This document shows positions 36,946 through 48,054 of a stretch of DNA of 64,000 nucleotides, one piece after another. The notes beneath the pieces are model-generated. The model was not told the DNA's origin. It was given only the letters and a program-made list of their open reading frames with translations, and made no database searches. This DNA comes from Cladosporium halotolerans (Eukaryota), in NCBI RefSeq assembly GCF_011745625.1, contig NW_027191456.1:558001-622000 (forward strand), given 5' to 3'. The position numbers and the translations under genes were made by a program. Within the stretch, counting starts at the first letter, position 1; each line of letters opens with the position of its first letter.

Positions 36946-37850
36946 TAGTTTTTGGACATCTCTCAGAACATACCAAATCAACGGATATGCCATTTCCTGA
37001 ACGGATACGAACGCCCGAGGTTCAAGATGTGCAGGGGATTATTCTGCAGGCAGTATGGCCGGAAATGAACACACTAGCAAGACATCTCTGAGAAGTTGTT
37101 CTAATTACTTGAGGGGGCCACGACAGCATACAAAATCGGGGGAATCAGAGCAGCGAACAAGAATGGGCAGTATAACTACAGCAGTGGCGTCTATAAGAGG
37201 ATATCAAGACGGTAGAAGGCTAGAGAGCCGTTTCGACGCACTCACGTCGAAGAATCTACCCCAATGGAATTCCTTGAACTACGGATGATGTATTAATCTT
37301 ATACACATTGAATCTAAACCACTAGGGGCATAACGCCAATTCTGAATCCTGCCGCGATCTGTCGTGGGAATGTAAAAAGCAAATCGGTTGAGTCTATCAA
37401 TACAGAGCCTGTTGTCACAGGCGCTCATCTTAGGTACATCACGTCAAAAATCCATGGCCGCTTGAGCACTTTTGTACGACTCTTCTCAGCTATTGACAAC
37501 ATTACACAAAACAATGGATTTCAGAGTTCAAATACTCTAATGAGTGCTTCGCCTCCCAAGCGTTTCTCCGGGGTTTCTATGAGACAGCTCAAATGGAAAT
37601 GTGCAAGCAATCATCAACAGCTGTCAAATAGCTTCGAGCCATTGGATCACATTGTGCAATGCAACGCGCTTACACATATTTATTCGTCGCAGAAGGGAAC
37701 CCTGGAGTCCAGACTTGTAGTTGTAGGGCGTCGCCTTGGTCGTCCCAGAATGCCGATTCGAAGTCGGCTCGGCTTTCAAGACGCGCAGCCGAGCGGCTGT
37801 TCCAACACGCGACCTCACTTCCACGAACACCACCAACATCTCTCACAACA

Positions 37851-39828
37851 ATGCGATTTCTAGCAGGCGCGCGGCTTGCAGCCCGTATGAGCTCTGCACC
37901 TCTGATAAGACGTACGCAGTTTGTCCGTGCATATGCAGCTGCCTCGAATTCGAAACCACCGGTACGGCAGTCTATCCGCGGGCATGAGAGTCTCTATACA
38001 ATTGGGCGAATATTGACGCTTTGCAGAAACAACCAACCGGAGCAGCGCCGATAGAGCTTCTCATAGAAAATGGTATCTTGAATGTGGGGAGGGGCAAGTT
38101 CAAAGTAGAAGTGTCAGTTCCAAGCCTGTGTTCCCACTTGTAGTCTCGATCATTCGCTAACCCATGATAGACCTGGACGCTGGTTGAGGTAGGTAATGTT
38201 TGGATGTTCAAAGTACCTGATTCATCTAAAGTCTTTGAAGGGATCAATGTGCCTGTGCAGAATGCCGCAACCCCGAAACTGCGCAACGTCAAATCAACGT
38301 CTTCAAGGTGAACTATAACATCAAGCAGCAGAGCTCAAATTACTGACGACAATGGACAGAACCCAGACGCAGGAAAAATTGCAGATGTGAAACGTGTCAG
38401 CTCCGAAGTTCCTGATGTTGAGGTGACCTGTACGTTGCATCAGACATCTGTGCTAAATTATGGAGCTAATCGATTTCAAACAGTCAGAGATGGCCATCGA
38501 AGCGTGGTATCTGTGCAACAAATACGAAACAAGCTTCGCATGCGAGATTCGCGATATGGCATTGTCAAGTATGTCGGGTTGCTGCGTTTCGTATCCCACT
38601 TGTGCTGACATCGTTGTAGTATCGCGCGCTGGCGAGCGGAAATAAGTGAGAACCCGCCCGAAGTCCAGTTCGATTCGATGCAACGGGGGGATGGAATGGC
38701 AAATCTGCTGGCAAATATCGTTTGTCGCACTGTGCTCTGATGCTATCGAAAGCTAACACTCAGTCTCAGCGAAAATATGGGTTCTGTTTCATCGACAATA
38801 TGCCGGCGACCCCTGAGGCAAGTCAGGCACTTCTTGAGGACATTGGACCTATTCGTAACACACACTACGGTTCGATTCTTTGCTCAATTCCACCCTTTAG
38901 ATCCTTTGGCTAATCACGTCAAAGGCGGATTTTACGATTTCACCTCCGATCTCTCGTCGAAGGACACAGCTTACACGAGCGAGAGCCTGGAACCGCACAC
39001 CGACACAACTTACTTCACAGATCCCATCGTAAGCTTTCAAACAATGGTTGCGCCAATCGTACTCACAGCCAGGACACTGACAAAGCCAAACCTAGGGATT
39101 ACAAGCACTCCATCTCCTATCGCACACTGACGGCGAGGGCGGCCTCTCTTCTTTGGTAGACGGCTTCGCCGCCTCTGCGCACATCTACAAGGAAGACAAC
39201 GCAGCATACTTGACTCTTTGCCATACCCCTGTCTTTGCTCACGCAAGTGGCAATGAGGGAGTCAGCATCCAGCCCGTACATGGATTCCCGGTGCTCAACA
39301 CTTCACGGGAGCACAGAAACGGTCCGTTCCAAATCCGCTGGAACAATGCTGATCGTGCCGGCGTCCGAGCCTCCCTTGGGCCGGACATGGATAGATGGTA
39401 CGATGCTGCTGCGTAAGTGACCCAGTCGGCATCATCGTTTGCGACTTCTGTCTGGCAGTAGGTTGACTTCGACCTTGCAGGAAATTTGACGCGTTCGTCA
39501 ATGACCCGAAGAACCAATACTGGTTCCAGCTCAAGCCCGGCAGAATGCTACGTAAGTCGTGGTCTTTTAAGTCTCAGTGATCAAAAGATGTTTCCCACTA
39601 ATGCTGGCAACAGTCTTCGACAACTGGCGTGTCCTCCACGGTAGATCCGCTTTCACGGGCAAGCGGCGGATGTGCGGTGGTTACAGTAAGATCACTCAAG
39701 TTCGCTACCGACATGTTCATGATTCTGACCGAGTACGCTACGCAGTTAACCGCGACGACTTCATCTCCAAATACCGTATGACCAACATCAGCAAGGAAGA
39801 GATCGAGGCTTCCACGGTGACCGGCTAG
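37851..39828 (+). CDS. Trimethyllysine dioxygenase / gamma-butyrobetaine hydroxylase family (Fe/2OG), about 13 exons
   Basis: Spliced reading gives a mitochondrial presequence-like MRFLAGARLAAR, WLRDQCACAEC, YGFCFI, IGPIRNTHYGGFYDFT, AYT..LEPHTDTTYF, IRWNNADR, FDNWRVLHGRSAFTGKRRMCGGY. Confidence 0.9.
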
Positions 39829-40034
39829 ATCGGTGTCGTGGAATCTGTTTGGCCGACTGCGTTGTTTTCAATACATAGTGCGTTGAGCTACGCATCTCCT
39901 CCTGGTCAACGTTCGTAGAGTTCACTGTAGCAGAGATAGCGATCCGGGATGACTGGATTGTTGGAATGCCATTGATTCAAAGGTAGAAACATCAAAACCC
40001 TTTTCCAAAATCAGGCATTAAATTCTGTCATTCA

Positions 40035-41682
40035 TCAATCCATGAGCCTCTTCATCATCAAAACCTCATGCTTCGTGACAAACACCCCGTTCCCCATAAC
40101 ACCTCCACCACAGCCCCCGTCATCCCCCTCCCCATCCAGCGCATCCATGAACTTCGCCACCTTCCCTCCCTCCCACTCCCCATCGTCATTCGTCCAAAAC
40201 ACCCGCTTGATACCCACGGCGTGCATATACGAGATGCAGCGATAGCACGGCCGCGACGCATGGATCGCCTTCCTCGGAACGCCGCTCTCAGCCTTATCCG
40301 GGATCGCCGGCCGTTCGCGCGGCGACGGGCTCCGGAGCTCGTCGTGCAGCGAGCCGGTGGCGCCGAGGCTGGAGGTGGAGGAGGAGAGGGAGGGCGGCGG
40401 GTCGGAGTCGGATTCGGAGGACGGGGGGTTGATCTCCGGCAGGGGCTTGGGTGGCTTCTTCTTTGGCTTGGTCTTCTGGGCGGCGTGGCCGCCTTTGTTC
40501 CAGCCGAGGCGGGTCACGTAGAGGTCTGCGCCGACGAGGCGCGGGTTTTTCCTGCGGTCGTTGGGCTCGGGGCGGGGTTTGGCGAGGTCGAGTTGGGAGA
40601 AGGCTGTGCTTTCTGAGGGTGGCTTTTCGGGGTATCTTGGTTTGTTGGACTGCGTATTGTTAGCTGGGTTCAGCTACACTTGCTGGCACGGACTTACGCC
40701 ACGGCGGTCTTTCTTAGCCTCCGACCTCTCTGGAGATGCTTTGCTGGCGGCAGCAGTGTTCGTGATAACATCATTAATCATACGGCGGTCGAAACCTCGC
40801 GTCGTGCGTTCCTCAATCGGCGATTCAGACGCAGAGCGCTGTTGCCCGTGTCGCCGAGAAGAACCGCGCTGTGTCTGTCTCCCAGACCGGACGTGATGAT
40901 GATGTTGATAGTCGTACTGACCGGCCTTGTGATGTTTCACGCTCTTCCTCGCACTCTGAGTGGCTTGTTTCACAAGACTCTTGACTGCGTGAAACGCCCT
41001 GTCCTCGTCCTCCCGCAGCCGCGCCGCCTGGTCCAGCGCATGGTGGACGTTGTTGTTGTAGTTGTGGTCGGGTGCCGCCACGTCGTTGAGGAGTGGCGTT
41101 CGCAGAACTGCGCTGTTGAACCTGCAGTTTGCCCCCTTGCCCGTGCGCAGCGGAGGAGGTGGTGTCGTCGAGGTTGTCGCAGATGCGCTCGACGTAGGTC
41201 TTCAGGACGTCGCGGCGCAGTCTCTCCTTCTTCTTGTCGCCGCGCGGAAGCTTCATGCACGGCTTCTCGCGCGAGGAAGTGCCGCAAGCCAAGGTTGAGG
41301 AGGTCGACAGAGCAGAGTGGATGGCCATCATTTCGGAGTGCATAGAGAGAGGAGTGTATGCCTGGGTACCGCGCCCACCGCCAACCTTCTCGAAAGCGAC
41401 AAAATCGTCGGAGTCCTGCTGCTGCTGCTCATCTTTCTGTTTCGATTTAGTCTCCTTGCGCTGCTTCAACTTCGCCTTCATATCTGCCAGGGCGGGTCCA
41501 TTGAGAGCGCTGTTTGCGACGCGGCCGTGCTTGAGAACTCCGCCGTCGAAACCAGGACGATAGTCGTTGTGACCCTGGCCAATGACCTTGCCGCCTCGAA
41601 CGATGATACAGCCATGGCGGTAGTGGAGGGGAGATTTGGCGGCCTGCTCGAGGCAAAGCGTGAGGTAATTGTCCGTCTTCAT
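40035..41682 (-). CDS. CMP/dCMP-type (cytidine deaminase-like) zinc-binding protein with halves in different frames
   Basis: N-half: HGCIIVRGGKVIGQGHN..SMHSEMMAI. C-half: LVGADLYVTRL..SRPCYRCISYMHAVGIKRVFWT. Canonical 48-nt intron 40697-40650. How the frames are joined is unresolved (see findings). Confidence 0.8.
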
Positions 41683-42142
41683 TGCGATTGTTTAGCGGGG
41701 TAGAATGGTGGGTTTGCCGGTGATAGCTTGGTCGAACGAATTGCAAGAGTCGGTCAATATGGGTAGTATGGTTCCGCGAATCGTCCAAGTGACTCTGCAG
41801 CGTCAAGCTATCGAGCGTTTCTCGAAGATGGTAGGTTGTCGATCTTGCAAGCCATGACAGTCGCGATGCGCGTAGTTGACATGTGAAGAAGCGGGACGAG
41901 ATTCAGGGTGCAGGTGTGCCGAGGAGTAATCATCATCCATCTCACAGCTGTCAGGCTGCTTTGGTCTATGTACTTCGAAGCATGACAAGGACGATGACAT
42001 TGTGTGAAACCAATGGTTAAAGGAGATCAAAGTTTCCATCATACAAGTCTATCATAATTACCATGAAAGTCATCCCAAATCGTCGTAATCATCGTTTCCT
42101 AGCGTCCTGTTCCACCTTATTATTCCTGTGACCAAATCTCGA

Positions 42143-43645
42143 TTACTGCGGAACGCCTCTGATGCCCAACCCAATAGCCTCGCCAGTCCTGGCTCGCTTG
42201 GCCGGCGGCTCGTCCTCACCAGCCCGCACGACATTAGCCTTCCTCACCGCGCCGAACAGCTTGCCTTGCCGCAAGTTGCTGCCACTGCGCGGCGCGGGTC
42301 TCACATTCTGCGCATACTGGTCGTAAGAAGGCTGGTTGAGGCGCTCAGGATTCGCCCTGAGCATCTGGGAAGCAGTCAGCGAGGCTTGCGGCTCGTCAAT
42401 CTCGTTTGGCTCGAGGATGTCGGTCTCAGCTTCGCTGTCGTTGTCGTCGTGGTCGGAGGCGGAGACTGTGCCGTCAGAGGCCAGCGGCTGTGATCGCTTC
42501 ACGGGCAGCGTGCGCTGGCTGTAAATGTCTGGTGTGCGCAAGTTGCTTGTGCGCTGAACTGGCGCAGTCGAAGGCATCGCAAGCTGGTGATGCCCGCCCT
42601 GAGGTGTTTCAAAGAGCGGCGGCTGCTTGCGCGAGCGGTGAGGCGTGACGGGCAGGCTGATGTTGCGAGAGTGGCCTTTCTTGCCTGCGCCTCTGCTGCC
42701 ATATGATTTGCCGGCGCCCGCTTCTTGGCTGGCCATCTCAGATGCTTGAAGGAGCGCAGCAAAAGGCTGAGGCTGGTCGTGGCTGACCATTTGAGGGCGT
42801 CTTGGGGTGCTGTAGACAGAGCGTGGCGTGCCGTCAAGGTGTCGACCAAGACTTGCACTGCGAGCACGGTTTTGGTCATCGCGATGCTTCCTAATGCGGT
42901 CGCGCATCATAAGCACCTTGTCGGAGAGGCCGGCGATTTCAGTGTCTTGACGGAAGATCACCTTTTCTTGCTGGCGATGCTCGGCCTCTAGGAAGCGGTT
43001 GTTTTCTTGGAGGTGCTGGATCTCGCGACACATGCGCTGATAAAGATCCTTCTGTACGGGAATAGTGCCGTCCTGCATAGGCGATGATTGCAGGGGCGAG
43101 ACGGCAGCCTTGGCCTGTTCTGCGACATGGATGACATCGTTCTCGCACTGCACCATGCGAGCCTCGACTGCCATGCGCTCAATGGCAGCTGCGCTTTCCT
43201 GAGCCAACATCTGGTACTGCAGTCTATGGTGGGCAGCGGACATCTTGGCTTCCTGGTATGCGGCTTGGAGTTCGGCGACCTTGGATCGCAGCTCGTCGGC
43301 GGATGCGCTTGCGATCTGATCGCTGCTCATTGTGCGCGCATAACCTCCGACGGTACGAGTGTTGCTTTCCTGGCTCAATGTGTCGACGGTCGGCGGAGGG
43401 GTCGAGACATGCGAGCACGACGGGGTCGAAGCGTGCGATTTGGCGCGGCCATTGGCCGGCACTTGTGCTGACGGCGGAGGCGTCATGCTGGCCGTCGCGT
43501 CCTCGACGCGATCGGCCTGTTCCTTTGCGACAGTCTCGGTGGTGTCGACGGGTATGTTGGCATGCGGCGGCTGCGGCGTGACGGGCACGCTGGTCTGGGT
43601 CTGCGGTATGAGACCGTCTAGTACGTCATTTGCGTGGGCGTCCAT
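42143..43645 (-). CDS. Conserved fungal coiled-coil / low-complexity protein of unknown function
   Basis: ATG 43645. Coiled-coil core ELQAAYQEAKMSAAHHRLQYQMLAQESAAAIERMAVE, FAALLQAS, many TP/SP sites, C-terminal IGLGI. Confidence 0.8.
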   Translation of the reverse strand: MDAHANDVLDGLIPQTQTSVPVTPQPPHANIPVDTTETVAKEQADRVEDATASMTPPPSAQVPANGRAKSHASTPSCSHVSTPPPTVDTLSQESNTRTVGGYARTMSSDQIASASADELRSKVAELQAAYQEAKMSAAHHRLQYQMLAQESAAAIERMAVEARMVQCENDVIHVAEQAKAAVSPLQSSPMQDGTIPVQKDLYQRMCREIQHLQENNRFLEAEHRQQEKVIFRQDTEIAGLSDKVLMMRDRIRKHRDDQNRARSASLGRHLDGTPRSVYSTPRRPQMVSHDQPQPFAALLQASEMASQEAGAGKSYGSRGAGKKGHSRNISLPVTPHRSRKQPPLFETPQGGHHQLAMPSTAPVQRTSNLRTPDIYSQRTLPVKRSQPLASDGTVSASDHDDNDSEAETDILEPNEIDEPQASLTASQMLRANPERLNQPSYDQYAQNVRPAPRSGSNLRQGKLFGAVRKANVVRAGEDEPPAKRARTGEAIGLGIRGVPQ

Positions 43646-44159
43646 TTGGGTATGCGCGCGTGGTCGCGTGAAGGCGGCGATGGCAGCGGTGCGGTTTGCG
43701 ACAATGCGCGACAAGTGTGTATGGCGGTAGAGGTGTGGGTGAGGGTGGTCGAAGGGCGCAGAGGCGGCGCGGGCGGCGAGCGTTGTCTGAAGAGGGCCCG
43801 CCCTCCAGTGTGGCCGGGGCGGATGGAGACGACGAGGGTCAGCGGTGGGCGGAGAGGCTGGAGGACGCGGCTTGGGCGTTTGTTTGGCCCGCGCTAGAGC
43901 TGCAGGCACTTCCGGGAAGGCGGCTGCGCCCGGCCCGTCGAACCTTCCTGCTGGCCCGGCGACGACGACGACTCGCGCTGTCTGTGCAGGGGGCAGCGAG
44001 ACTCAAGGTAGGCGGCGGCTGCCGAGGGCGACGGACGTCACGCTGGCTGAGGATGGTACCTGGATGTCGCAGCATTGGATCGCCCAGCTCGACCTCTGCC
44101 CGTGCGGACTGTGACGAGACCCCGGTGTCTGTCTGTGCGTGCAGCACGCCTGGTGAAAC

Positions 44160-47100
44160 ATGGAGCACTCCCAAGCGACATCCAAGCCCACAGGCATACC
44201 GCGCTTCTCGAAACTCCCGGTGCTGAACAGCAAACGATCCTCTCAACTGCCGACGCCAACACCCACCGCAAAAGAGACTCCCTCACTTCCCAGGCCCGGT
44301 ACGGTGAGACCTGCTTCGCAACAGAAGCCTGCAGCGGCTCCCCCTTCGAGGTCAGCTAGTAGTACCAGGACGCCAGCTGCACCCACACCTCGGAAAGGCA
44401 TCCCTAGCATAGGAAAACCGGCTGCCACTTCGACTGTCCCATCGAAACCTCGCCCAGCCCCACCTAGGCCTGCTTCACGATTGCGGAGACCCCAGCCCTC
44501 AGCGCCGGCTAAGCAAGTCACTGAGGATGAAGAAACGAACGATCAACTCGGCTCTCTGGACGGCTTCCGTGCTGCTTCGCGTCAAGGTTCCCACGGTGAT
44601 TCCTCGCCCGAAGAGCAACCGGAACCCGTGTTTGACGAGGAGTTTGAGGAGTTGGCCACTCCGAAGCCAAGAAAGACGTCACGCCCGTCCCTGTCTGATC
44701 GAACGATCGAAAGCCTGCAATCAGTACCTTCGACGCCGAAAGAACGTCGACGCTCCAGCTTCTTCTCTGCTGAAAGCCCAATGGGGCCGCCACCCCGACC
44801 AGCGTCAAGCTTGAGTCGCGCTAGCAGCGTCAGTAGCCGACCTGGTACGAGTGACGGTAGCTTCAAGAAGCCTGCCATTCCTTCGGCGAAGAAGGCGCCT
44901 GCATCAGCAAGGCCTGCTGCGAGAACCTCAATGGGAGGCTTTGGCTTCACGCCCGGGAGTGGTCAGCGAAGCGTATCGAGCTCTTCTTTCACTTCGAGGC
45001 TTCAAGGAGCCAAGCCTTCAATTCCATCTTCTTCTGCGGCAGCGTCACCCTCTAAGGCTCAGACAAGCAGAAGTCTTGCCGCAAGACCTTCAAAGCAACG
45101 TCCTTCTGTGGCGGGTGCTTTCGCTCCGCCGCAGAAAATCGAGAAGCCGCCACCTACATCAAGCAATAAAGCTCCTGCAGCTGGTCCCGCGAAATCTTCG
45201 TCTTCCGCTCTACGTGAACAGATCGCTGCGGCTAAAGCTGCGGCACGAAAAGAGCGTGCCAATGAACCGCAAAAGCCTGTGCAAGACATACCCTCGCGAT
45301 CGGGGTTTGACTTTAGCGACGACTTTGCCTCTGATCCCTTTAATCAAGGTCCCAAGGACGAAAAGCACATCCTCAGAAATCGCGTCAACAATGCTCGCAT
45401 GGATGGCAAGCTAAATATAGCAGCAATGGGCCTTAAGGCGATTCCACCCGAGGTGTTGAGCATGTACGATGCTGTAGCCATGGAGGAGAGCAATGTGAAC
45501 TGGGCAGAAGTCGTCGACCTGACCAGATTCATTGCTGCGGACAACGATATAGACAGCATTGAGCCACATATATTCCCTGATAAGTCGTTCGAGGAATTGA
45601 GTGAAGAAGAAGACGGTAAGGGTAATCAATTCGGTGGCCTCGAACTGCTCGATCTGCACGGCAATAGCTTGGCATCTGTCCCTTCTGGATTGCGGCGATT
45701 GGAACGACTCACTTCGTTGAATCTCTCACACAACAAGCTCGATAACAGTGCGCTTGATATCGTGTCGCAGATCAAGCCACTGAAGGAGCTCAGGCTTGGC
45801 AACAACAGTATCTCTGGCCATTTACCTGTTTCACTAACGGAGCTACCCTATCTGGAGGTGCTTGAACTTCAAGCCAATCGTTTACTGGCTTTGCCAGAGG
45901 CCGTCCGCAATCTCGTAAATCTGCGTATATTGAATGTTGGCCACAATCAGCTCACCGATCTTCCTATGGAGGCACTCCAACAGGTTCCGCTCCAGGAGTT
46001 GGATGCTAGCAACAATGCTTTGATTGGAAGTCTATTTGCCCTTGGTGGTAACGCTGAGCATCGGACGTTACGTTCTTTGGATGTTTCCAACAACTCCTTG
46101 GCTGCCATCACATTCTCTGAACGATTTGATCTACCCCTTTTGCAGACACTAAACGTTACCAACAACCACTTGACCGCCCTACAGCCTCTGTATGGTTGTC
46201 CAGGTCTCATCACGCTCGCTGCTGGAGAAAACAAAATCTCGGAGCTGCCTAGCGGCTTCACTGAGCTGGCGCGTTTGCGTCACGTCAATCTCAGCAGTAA
46301 TGATCTGCGCCTGGTTCCTTCGGAGATTGTCAACATGGAGAATCTGGAGTCGCTGGTATTGGCGGCAAACCCCTTGCAAGTCAAGAAATATCTCACGATG
46401 AACGCGTCTGATATTAAGAGAGACCTACGAGCAAAGTTCGTACCCGACGCCCAGAATGGCGATAATGATTCTGTTCCCCACAACACTGAAGAGGAATCTC
46501 CTGAGACCGCAGTACCGCTCAGCGCTAAGTGGACACTTAAGCCGGGCGGTCTCCTCGACCTCGCAGGCCAAGGGCTGACTGACGATGCCATCATGGACCT
46601 CGCCACTTTCCTCGAAACGAACGATGTCCGACAACTTCAATTACAAAACAACAAATTCACGGCCATACCTCCCTCACTACTACTAGCACCCAACGTCCGC
46701 ATACTGGATCTATCCAACAATCCTTTCGAGGCCAACTACTTACCGGACCGTCTCGAGCTCCCCTCCCTGCAAGAGCTCACTCTCAGAAACTGCCGCCTCA
46801 CCACTTTCGACCAGCTCACCTACAACCTCGACTCGCCCAATCTCCGCACACTCGACGCGACTGCCAACCGCCTCTCTGGCCCGGTACCGATGCTCCGCGA
46901 AGCCTTCCCATGCATGACAACTCTGCTAGCCGGCGACAACCGCTTCTCCGCCGTCAGCGCAGAAGCTCTGCAAGGCTTCCACACCGTCAACCTCGCCTCG
47001 AACAGCCTGCAGCAGCTGCCGGCCGAAATCGGCCTGCTGTGGCACGAAGGTCTGAAGAGCTTGGAAGTCGGAAGCAATGCGTTCCGCGTGCCGGGCTACA

Positions 47101-47204
47101 GAGTGCTGGAGAAGGGTACAGAGGCGACGATGAGGTGGTTGCGGGACAGATTGCCTGCTGATCATGCTTCTGCTGGTGGCGAGGGTGATGAGGAGACGTT
47201 TTGA
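44160..47204 (+). CDS. Leucine-rich repeat protein with a long basic Ser/Pro-rich N-terminus (LRRC40-like)
   Basis: 1014-aa ORF with many LxxLxLxxNxL repeats (LELLDLHGNSL, LTSLNLSHNKL, LKELRLGNNSI) and C-terminal KGTEATMRWLRDRLP. Confidence 0.92.
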   Translation: MEHSQATSKPTGIPRFSKLPVLNSKRSSQLPTPTPTAKETPSLPRPGTVRPASQQKPAAAPPSRSASSTRTPAAPTPRKGIPSIGKPAATSTVPSKPRPAPPRPASRLRRPQPSAPAKQVTEDEETNDQLGSLDGFRAASRQGSHGDSSPEEQPEPVFDEEFEELATPKPRKTSRPSLSDRTIESLQSVPSTPKERRRSSFFSAESPMGPPPRPASSLSRASSVSSRPGTSDGSFKKPAIPSAKKAPASARPAARTSMGGFGFTPGSGQRSVSSSSFTSRLQGAKPSIPSSSAAASPSKAQTSRSLAARPSKQRPSVAGAFAPPQKIEKPPPTSSNKAPAAGPAKSSSSALREQIAAAKAAARKERANEPQKPVQDIPSRSGFDFSDDFASDPFNQGPKDEKHILRNRVNNARMDGKLNIAAMGLKAIPPEVLSMYDAVAMEESNVNWAEVVDLTRFIAADNDIDSIEPHIFPDKSFEELSEEEDGKGNQFGGLELLDLHGNSLASVPSGLRRLERLTSLNLSHNKLDNSALDIVSQIKPLKELRLGNNSISGHLPVSLTELPYLEVLELQANRLLALPEAVRNLVNLRILNVGHNQLTDLPMEALQQVPLQELDASNNALIGSLFALGGNAEHRTLRSLDVSNNSLAAITFSERFDLPLLQTLNVTNNHLTALQPLYGCPGLITLAAGENKISELPSGFTELARLRHVNLSSNDLRLVPSEIVNMENLESLVLAANPLQVKKYLTMNASDIKRDLRAKFVPDAQNGDNDSVPHNTEEESPETAVPLSAKWTLKPGGLLDLAGQGLTDDAIMDLATFLETNDVRQLQLQNNKFTAIPPSLLLAPNVRILDLSNNPFEANYLPDRLELPSLQELTLRNCRLTTFDQLTYNLDSPNLRTLDATANRLSGPVPMLREAFPCMTTLLAGDNRFSAVSAEALQGFHTVNLASNSLQQLPAEIGLLWHEGLKSLEVGSNAFRVPGYRVLEKGTEATMRWLRDRLPADHASAGGEGDEETF

Positions 47205-47514
47205 GCGATGGGCAAGGAGGAGATGAAGAGCAGGGTGACCAAATTTTGGGGGTTGCGATGTGTAGACTATTTCGTATTCATTGTATGCACTTTTTTTTTT
47301 GGCATCGATTCATCATATCACGGAATATCGCACTGGTCAGCTGTCGCAGGTATCCAACCTATCTCCTGCGACCAGTCAATGCCTCCCCAACCACAGTGAA
47401 CACTCACCCTACACTCCCCATAACTCCCAAAGCACCGCCTCCCCACCGGAGCCTCCCAATCCCTCCAACCAGCAAACCCCATCCCCAAAAAAGCCCACAC
47501 TAGAATCCAGGACA

Positions 47515-48054
47515 ATGTGTTACCGCATAATATCCCACTACACGCCCTGCCTGCACCAGCGCTGCACGAGCCTGGAGATCTGCTCGCGCAACAGAGCCAA
47601 TCCCGGCGCCGACCCGTTCGACTGCGAAATCGGCGGGCCGGTGTTCGTCGACGAGCCCTCGATCGATCCGTGTCCGGTTTGTTTGGGGGAGTTGGGGAGG
47701 AGAGTTGAGAGGGCTGGGGGGGCGTGGGGGGAGGTTGGGAGGAATGAGAGTGGTGCTGGCGAGGGCGAGGGGGGAGAGAGGGATGTCGGAAGCGGCGAGG
47801 ACGGAGAACGAAATCCGAATGTCTGGGCTGAGGTTCCGTGGAGTGAGATCAATGAGGAGATCTTGAGGCATGGGGAGGAGGGGTCTTTGAGGGATGGAGG
47901 TGGGGCGGGAGAGGGTTCGAAGGGCGCGAGTGCGAAGGGCGAGGGCGAGGTCGCGAAAGGTACCCAAGACGATGAAAGGCTGAACGCCCGCTGGGCTGAG
48001 ATGATGCGAGCGTTTGCTGAGGAGTCGTCGAAGGGATCGTACTGTGGCTCCTAG
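47515..48054 (+). CDS. Small hypothetical protein with an N-terminal Cys/His (putative zinc-binding) motif
   Basis: MCYRIISHYTPCLHQ..C..C..CPVC followed by a Gly/Glu-rich tail. Pyrimidine-rich leader and good ATG context (acaATG). Confidence 0.6.
   Translation: MCYRIISHYTPCLHQRCTSLEICSRNRANPGADPFDCEIGGPVFVDEPSIDPCPVCLGELGRRVERAGGAWGEVGRNESGAGEGEGGERDVGSGEDGERNPNVWAEVPWSEINEEILRHGEEGSLRDGGGAGEGSKGASAKGEGEVAKGTQDDERLNARWAEMMRAFAEESSKGSYCGS

Noticed and set aside
41125..41150. Ire1/HAC1-like pair of sites (CCG^CTGC and CTG^CAGG, 26 nt apart) at the deaminase frame switch
   Set aside because: Removing 26 or 23 nt enters the third frame, which stops at 40970, so it does not restore the deaminase. 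No clear stem-loops flank the sites.
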